Of a DNA stretch of 64,000 nucleotides, positions 60,001 through 64,000 are shown piece after piece; position 1 is the first letter of the stretch; every line of letters starts with the position of its first letter. Source of the stretch: Phycisphaerae bacterium (GTDB lineage Bacteria; Planctomycetota; Phycisphaerae; UBA1845; Fen-1342); contig CAXXWX010000019.1 of the NCBI GenBank assembly GCA_963675745.2, positions 447,029-511,028 on the forward strand, in the 5' to 3' direction. Below the pieces are notes generated by a model. The model did not search any database. It was not told the origin of the DNA and worked only from the letters and a program-made list of their open reading frames with translations. The position numbers and the translations under genes were made by a program.

Positions 60001-60658
60001 CCTCGTGGCCTTCCTCCCCCACCAACGGAAACCGCACATACACGCTCGGATCATCGACCGGGCGATAGCCCTCGCCGACCTCGCCGGCGGACAGGGCCGT
60101 GCCGCCCTGGGCCCACCACCAGACGACCTTGTGGCCCTGGTAGAGCAGGCCACGCTCGAAGAGCGTTTTGAGCCCCCACCAGACGCTCTCGACATAGCTC
60201 TGGTGATAGGTGACATAGGCCTCGTCGAGATTGACCCAGAAGCCCAGCCGCCGGGTCATGTACTCCCAGTCCTTGGTGTAGCGGAAGACGCTCTCGATAC
60301 AGAGCTTGACGAACTTCTCTACGCCGTACTCCTCGATCTCCTCCTTGGTGTGGATACCGAGCTCTTTGCAGACCTCGACCTCGACCGGCAGGCCGTGCGT
60401 GTCCCAGCCGGCCTTGCGGTCTACGAGCTTGCCGCGCATGGTCTGATAGCGCGGAAAGAGATCCTTGATCGCCCGCGTCAGGCAGTGTCCGGGGTGGGGC
60501 AGCCCGTTGGCGGTTGGTGGGCCCTCGTAAAAGACGAAACGCTCGGCGTTGGCGTGTTGCGCAAGCGATTGCTGGAAGACCTGGTTGGCCTCCCAGAACT
60601 TGAGGACATCCTCCTCGGATTTCGGGAAATCGAATTTCGGCGGCAACGGCTCGAACAT
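57008..60658 (-). CDS. ileS: Isoleucine--tRNA ligase (type 2-like) with in-frame insertions
   Basis: EGPPTANGLPHPGH, GWDTHGLPVE, WTTTPWTL, DWALSRERFWGTP, DQTRGWFY, KMSKR, KVRQPL. Confidence 0.96.
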   Translation of the reverse strand: MFEPLPPKFDFPKSEEDVLKFWEANQVFQQSLAQHANAERFVFYEGPPTANGLPHPGHCLTRAIKDLFPRYQTMRGKLVDRKAGWDTHGLPVEVEVCKELGIHTKEEIEEYGVEKFVKLCIESVFRYTKDWEYMTRRLGFWVNLDEAYVTYHQSYVESVWWGLKTLFERGLLYQGHKVVWWWAQGGTALSAGEVGEGYRPVDDPSVYVRFPLVGEEGHEATRPQGPEGGSGVVPTVGEGLTSLLVWTTTPWTLISNHFAAVHPELEYALVHDKTTGERLYIAAALVATIAEKVKHEFEVVSTCMGTDLVGKRYIPPFNAYHKTMADQTATLKDGGEEHIGWRVTLADFVTLDSGTGLVHEAPAYGEVDFDLLQDERSRFADFEAVPLINAVKPDGTFNQDAPQAYQGRWVKDCDKEIIRELRDRGVLMHSETVRHDYPFCPRAEDDPLIQYARKSWFVRTSQFKDEFLKNNAGIYWLPDHIREGRFGDFLRNNVDWALSRERFWGTPLPIWKCEQTGQMEAIGSYGELLEKPGLAGTDVWEEAKRAEPDLPEHLKVHKPYIDAVTYDSPFAPGGPGGGAGVPPARMRRVPEVIDCWWDAGSMPFAQWGFPHAEGSIEKFANNFPANFISEALDQTRGWFYGLLAISTLLFGSDEATKQREDEEALGGPLDRLFGWLRRVGALPTLPEGTNERIAVLRRRGVLVDVGGAEPVPAVAAPSPDYPMPYQACIVLGLMMGEDGLKMSKRKQNYREPSYIFDHYGADALRWFLFSGQTPWTSVRFQEQNIRDAHREFLVRLYNVFSFFNIYANIDGFAVEGTGNGERGTGTGWRAVAERSELDRWIVSELHRATRAVCAALDKFENFPAAQRLNEFVDALSNWYVRRSRERFWRSDKDQDKWDAYNTLYEVLVTLSKLIAPFTPFFAETMYQNLVRHQGSQATRQQGEKQQPVGAVSVHLCEYPVVDEALVDEDLAQEMELVRQIVSQGRAARTSAKLKVRQPLALAEIILARPEHTAWLQAHSALIAEELNIKQIEFTTEADHYVTYSIKPNFKALGPKFGKQAPLIAKALQGIDAADARQQLMDAGWIEVTVGADTVRLTLDEVDVRLEARPGWSASQGRGGVVVVKTELTLELIEEGLTRELIHHVQALRKDQDLAYEARIAVYIEAPTELAEIFSRHQATIQRECLATSVAFTAPPGGTRHAVRIENHEAQLSIIVE

Positions 60659-60766
60659 CGGTTGCTCCAGGTGTTTACGCGTATCGCGGTTTGAATCTCA
60701 CTAACATACTTGTCAACCAGCATTATGCAAAGCGGCCATCCGTGCAGCAGCGGCCGCCCCCGTGGC

Positions 60767-60878
60767 GTCCTGGTGCGAGAATCCTTTCTCGCACCCCCGG
60801 CACTGGTGCTGGCGTCCTGGTGCGAGAGTCCCTTCTCGCACCCTCGACCGTCCTGGTGCGAGAATCCCTTCTCGCACC
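60767..60878. repeat. Three 29-bp palindromic repeats gtcctggtgcgagaRtccYttctcgcacc
   Basis: Copies at 60767-60795, 60814-60842 and 60850-60878; spacers of 18 and 7 nt. Confidence 0.88.
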
Positions 60879-60957
60879 ATCTTCACCGGGTACCCCCGCC
60901 AACTCACCGCACCGGATGTATCTCCCGCAACAGCGGGAGCGAGTCGGGAACGTCGCG

Positions 60958-62496
60958 TCAAGAATCGCGGGCAATAGGGCCGGCGGCGCGTACCGCACCG
61001 CCGATATCCTCCTCGCACAGCACCGCCGGTTCGCCGGGTGTCGCGGTTGCGTCGGGAGCCTCCGCTTCGGCGAGCGCGACGGGCTGGCCCGGTTGTGCCG
61101 CGCCGTCGAACAGCTTGATGTCTTTCCAGTGGCCCATCCGCCAGCGCCATGTGAGAAACACGCCCAGGGCCACGATGTACAGCGTACACATGGACCAGGG
61201 GCCGTTCACACCCCAGTGCGGCATATAGAAAGCCATCAGCACGGCGCCGGCGACCTGGAAGACCCAGCTCGAACAGCACATGATGACCGCCGGCACGCGC
61301 GTATCTCCCGCGCCGCGCAGGGCGCTCATGTGCGTGATCGCCATCGCGTCGAAGAGCTGGAAAACGGCCACCCAGATCATGATCGACGCGCCCATCCTGA
61401 TGACGGCCACATCATCGCTGAACCAGTCCAGCAACCACGTGCGGCCAAGCATGATGACCAGTCCGACCACCGTCATATAGGTGCCCGTCAGCCACATGGC
61501 CACGCGCACGCGCTCGGCGGCCTTCTCCTGGCGGCCCTCGCCGATCGCGAACCCGACCTGTGATGTCAGCGCGAATCCCAGGCCGATCGCCGGCATGAAC
61601 GACAGGTGCATGAACTGCGTCGCCACGTTCTGCGCTGCAAGGGCGGCGGTGCCGAAGCGCGGCATCACCAGCACGGTGAAGACCATCCACGCCCCGATGT
61701 CAATGAGCCATTGCACTGAAGTCGGGGCGCCGACATAGAAGAGCCCGTGGAGCTTCTTCAGCACAGACCCAATGAGTGGCGCGTGTTGTAGATCGCGTTG
61801 AACTCCGGGAGCCACATTGCGCCGGCCAGGAAAAGCGCCCGCACGGTCCCAGCCGATGACCGTCGCCAACGCCGCCCCCCGCGATCCCCATCGCCGGAAA
61901 GCCGAACATCCCGTAGATCAGCGCGCAGTTGCCCAGGATATTGACGAACGTCGAAACCAGCACCGCATACAGCGCCACGCGCGGTCGCTGAATCCCGTTG
62001 AAGAATCCCTGAAAGCCGGCGCAGAGTGTGGCCGGTCCGACCAACAGCACCGCGATTTCAAGATACTCGATCTCGAGCCGGGTCACGGTAGCCGTGTGCG
62101 TGCCCAACGGGCGATCGGCGTCAGCCAGTCCTCGACCGGTCAGCGCCACGGGAATCGAGAGCGCCAGCATCGCCAGCGAGACGTACAACGTCTGCCGAGG
62201 TGTAGGGGCCGGCCTGTTCGGGTTCGCCGCGGCCGTCGGCCTGGGAGACGAACGTCTGAACCGCGGACGCCACACCCATGCCCAGGCAGGCCAGCACGAA
62301 GCCGCAACGTGGCGGCCGGGCCGATGGCGGCTTGTGCGTCGGTCCCCAGCCAGGAGACCATCACGAAGTCGATAAACCCCATCATCATGCGCGAGATCAT
62401 CATCGCGATCATCGGCGCGGCCAGCACCAGCAGCTCGACCGTCGGGTTGGCGTGCTGGAATTTCGGTGCTCGTGGTTTTGTCGAAAGTTGTGACAC
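60958..62496 (-). CDS. MATE-family efflux transporter, broken by several frameshifts (likely sequencing indels; pseudogene not excluded)
   Basis: MATE motifs across three frames: FIDFVMVSWLG..AQAAIG, VSQADG, NILGN..LIYG.FGFPAMG, VGFAIGE, ALRGAGDT. Confidence 0.8.
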
Positions 62497-62638
62497 GTCT
62501 ATGTCCCCAAGCTGCTTGGAGCACACCGCCTCGGTCGCAAGGACCGCACGAGCGGCAAGATAACAGTGTAACCCGCTGCCGCAGAGTCGGTTTGGCAGCC
62601 GCATCAGTCGTGCTTCCTTTCTTCAGGCTGATTTGCCC

Positions 62639-62677
62639 AAAAGGAAAAGCCCTGGCGGGGTTCGCGTCCGCCAGGGC
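62639..62677 (-). terminator. Intrinsic terminator about 140 nt upstream of the MATE start
   Basis: gccctggcgg-N9-ccgccagggc followed by ttttcctttt. Confidence 0.85.
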
Positions 62678-62822
62678 CTTATTCGCTGATTGCTTGGTTT
62701 AGCGACGAGACTAAGGCGGCGCGCATTGCCCTGCACATACGTAATCGGGATGTACAGGGTCATGAAGTCCATGTGCGCCTCGCCAAAATACTCCGCCGCC
62801 TACTACCGAATCCAAACCGTAT
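62639..62822 (-). ncRNA. Candidate structured leader RNA or sRNA
   Basis: Bounded by a promoter and a terminator; several nested and alternative helices. Confidence 0.5.
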
Positions 62823-62828
62823 CGTTGT

Positions 62829-62856
62829 AGTATAAGGATCGGGTTTGCGACGTCAA
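62829..62856 (-). promoter_or_regulatory. Sigma70-like promoter
   Basis: TTGACG-N16-TATACT on the minus strand. Confidence 0.7.
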
Positions 62857-62944
62857 GGCTTGAGGGCCCTACAAACAGCGGGGGCCACTTATAATGGCGG
62901 TCAATTCACGGGGAGCGCACCATGTGGATACCCCGTCTTCGGGC

Positions 62945-64000
62945 ATGGAGCCGGCGCGCGTGTGGAGATTGAAGATAATCAGCACGGCCTGTCTGATTCT
63001 GGCCGCCGCGCTTGCGCCGGCCGGGGCCCAGGAATCCAGGGGCAAGTCGGATCGATCGGTTATCCGTTCGGCAGATCGGCCCGCAGCGCCGTTCGTGAGG
63101 GGCAGTGGTTCCCGATTCGCGTCGAGCTGCGCGCCACCTCTGGTGAGCAGGCCGGCGTCGAGGTCGAGCTGCGCGCCCAATCTGTCGACCTCGACGGCGA
63201 TCGCGTGGACTTCGTCAAGCCCGACGTGACGCTCACCGTCGGCGACATCGAACGCCCGTTCTGGTGTTACGCCGTGGCCTACCGCGGCGGCCCCAGCATG
63301 TTCGAGGAGCTGCGTGTCCCGACCGAGCTCGAAATCGTCGATCCCGCGCGGCGCATGACGCTGGGCACCTTCAGCGTACCGCCTGTGGATGTGGTCGAGA
63401 ACGACGCCGTCCTGGTGTTGGATGTCAGCGCGGGCAGGTCGCTCATTTGCACTCGCTGTCCAGCCCGGTCGATCTGGGGCTCGAAGGCTGGGGTGAGCGC
63501 GAGTTCTACCGCAAGTTCTACTTCGCCCCGATGATGGCGGCCAATCTGCCCGACCGCTGGTTCGGCCTCGAGATGGTAAACGCGGTCGTCTGGGATCTGC
63601 CCGACCCCCAGGCGTCAACAGGTCGGCGCCAGCCAGGTTGAAGCGTTGGTCGAATGGGTGCGCAACGGCGGCCAATTGGTCGTGGGTGTCGGCGGCAACG
63701 CCGACGTGGCTCGCCGAAAACCGCCCTGGCCGATATCCTGCCGCTTGAGTTGCTCGGGGGCTCGTTGACCACCTCGACGCTGGAGCGCTTCGCAAACCAG
63801 TTCGCCACCGGCGACAACTCGCGCAATCCGTTCGAGTCACCGATTGCGGTTGCCAAGGTGCGCACCAGGGAAGGTGCCACCCAGATGTTGTGGGACACGG
63901 CGGGTGGACGCCCCGCAGCCGCTGATGGCTGTATGGAACGTCGGTTCAGGACGCGTGATCGCATCCGCCGCGTCGCTGCGCGATCTCACCGGGGCGCGCG
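62945..64000 (+). CDS. Large exported hypothetical protein (GATase-like segment), frameshifted and running off the window
   Basis: Signal peptide in one frame, VREGQWFPIRVEL in a second, LPDRWFGLEMVNAVVWD in a third; TATAAT at 62890. Confidence 0.55.

Noticed and set aside
60767..60878. CRISPR array
   Set aside because: Only three repeats, spacers of 18 and 7 nt, and no cas genes in the window
60659..60950. T-box leader for ileS
   Set aside because: No convincing T-box consensus (GGTGGnACC) or following terminator
60958..63700. Programmed frameshifting or true pseudogenes in the MATE gene and the last gene
   Set aside because: Many indels in two adjacent genes with otherwise intact motifs point to sequencing or assembly error

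Overview
GC-rich bacterial chromosome window. It is most consistent with a planctomycete of class Phycisphaerae; this is inferred from a prepilin/H-X9-DG protein, dockerin-like modules, a CxxCGYDLxG...CPECG membrane protein and the MoxR/VWA/prenyltransferase-like operon. Housekeeping genes include mtnA, hutH, rpoN, ade, rpsA, ileS, tRNA-Leu(CAG) and tRNA-Ser(GGA). There is also an ECF sigma/anti-sigma pair, a YIP1/MacAB-type export operon, an Fe3+-type ABC importer, a MATE transporter and many secreted proteins. The most striking feature is a tandem array of six small, mostly unannotated, same-strand ORFs (5102-6939, 44-91 aa). Each has its own RBS-like sequence and a shared basic/hydrophobic leader ending in G/S-Cys, followed by a divergent short mature peptide. 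The array sits directly upstream of the 14-kb beta-propeller/prenyltransferase-like/MoxR/DUF58/VWA operon. Other points of interest: a promoter-to-terminator structured RNA (~180 nt) upstream of the MATE gene, an IleRS with five in-frame repeat-associated insertions, a HAL with a Val-Ser-Gly MIO triad, and an adenylate-kinase-like/nucleoside-deoxyribosyltransferase-like fusion. Several indel frameshifts (6611, ~8120, 61800-63500) look like sequencing errors. All calls come from reading the sequence by eye; no database search was run.
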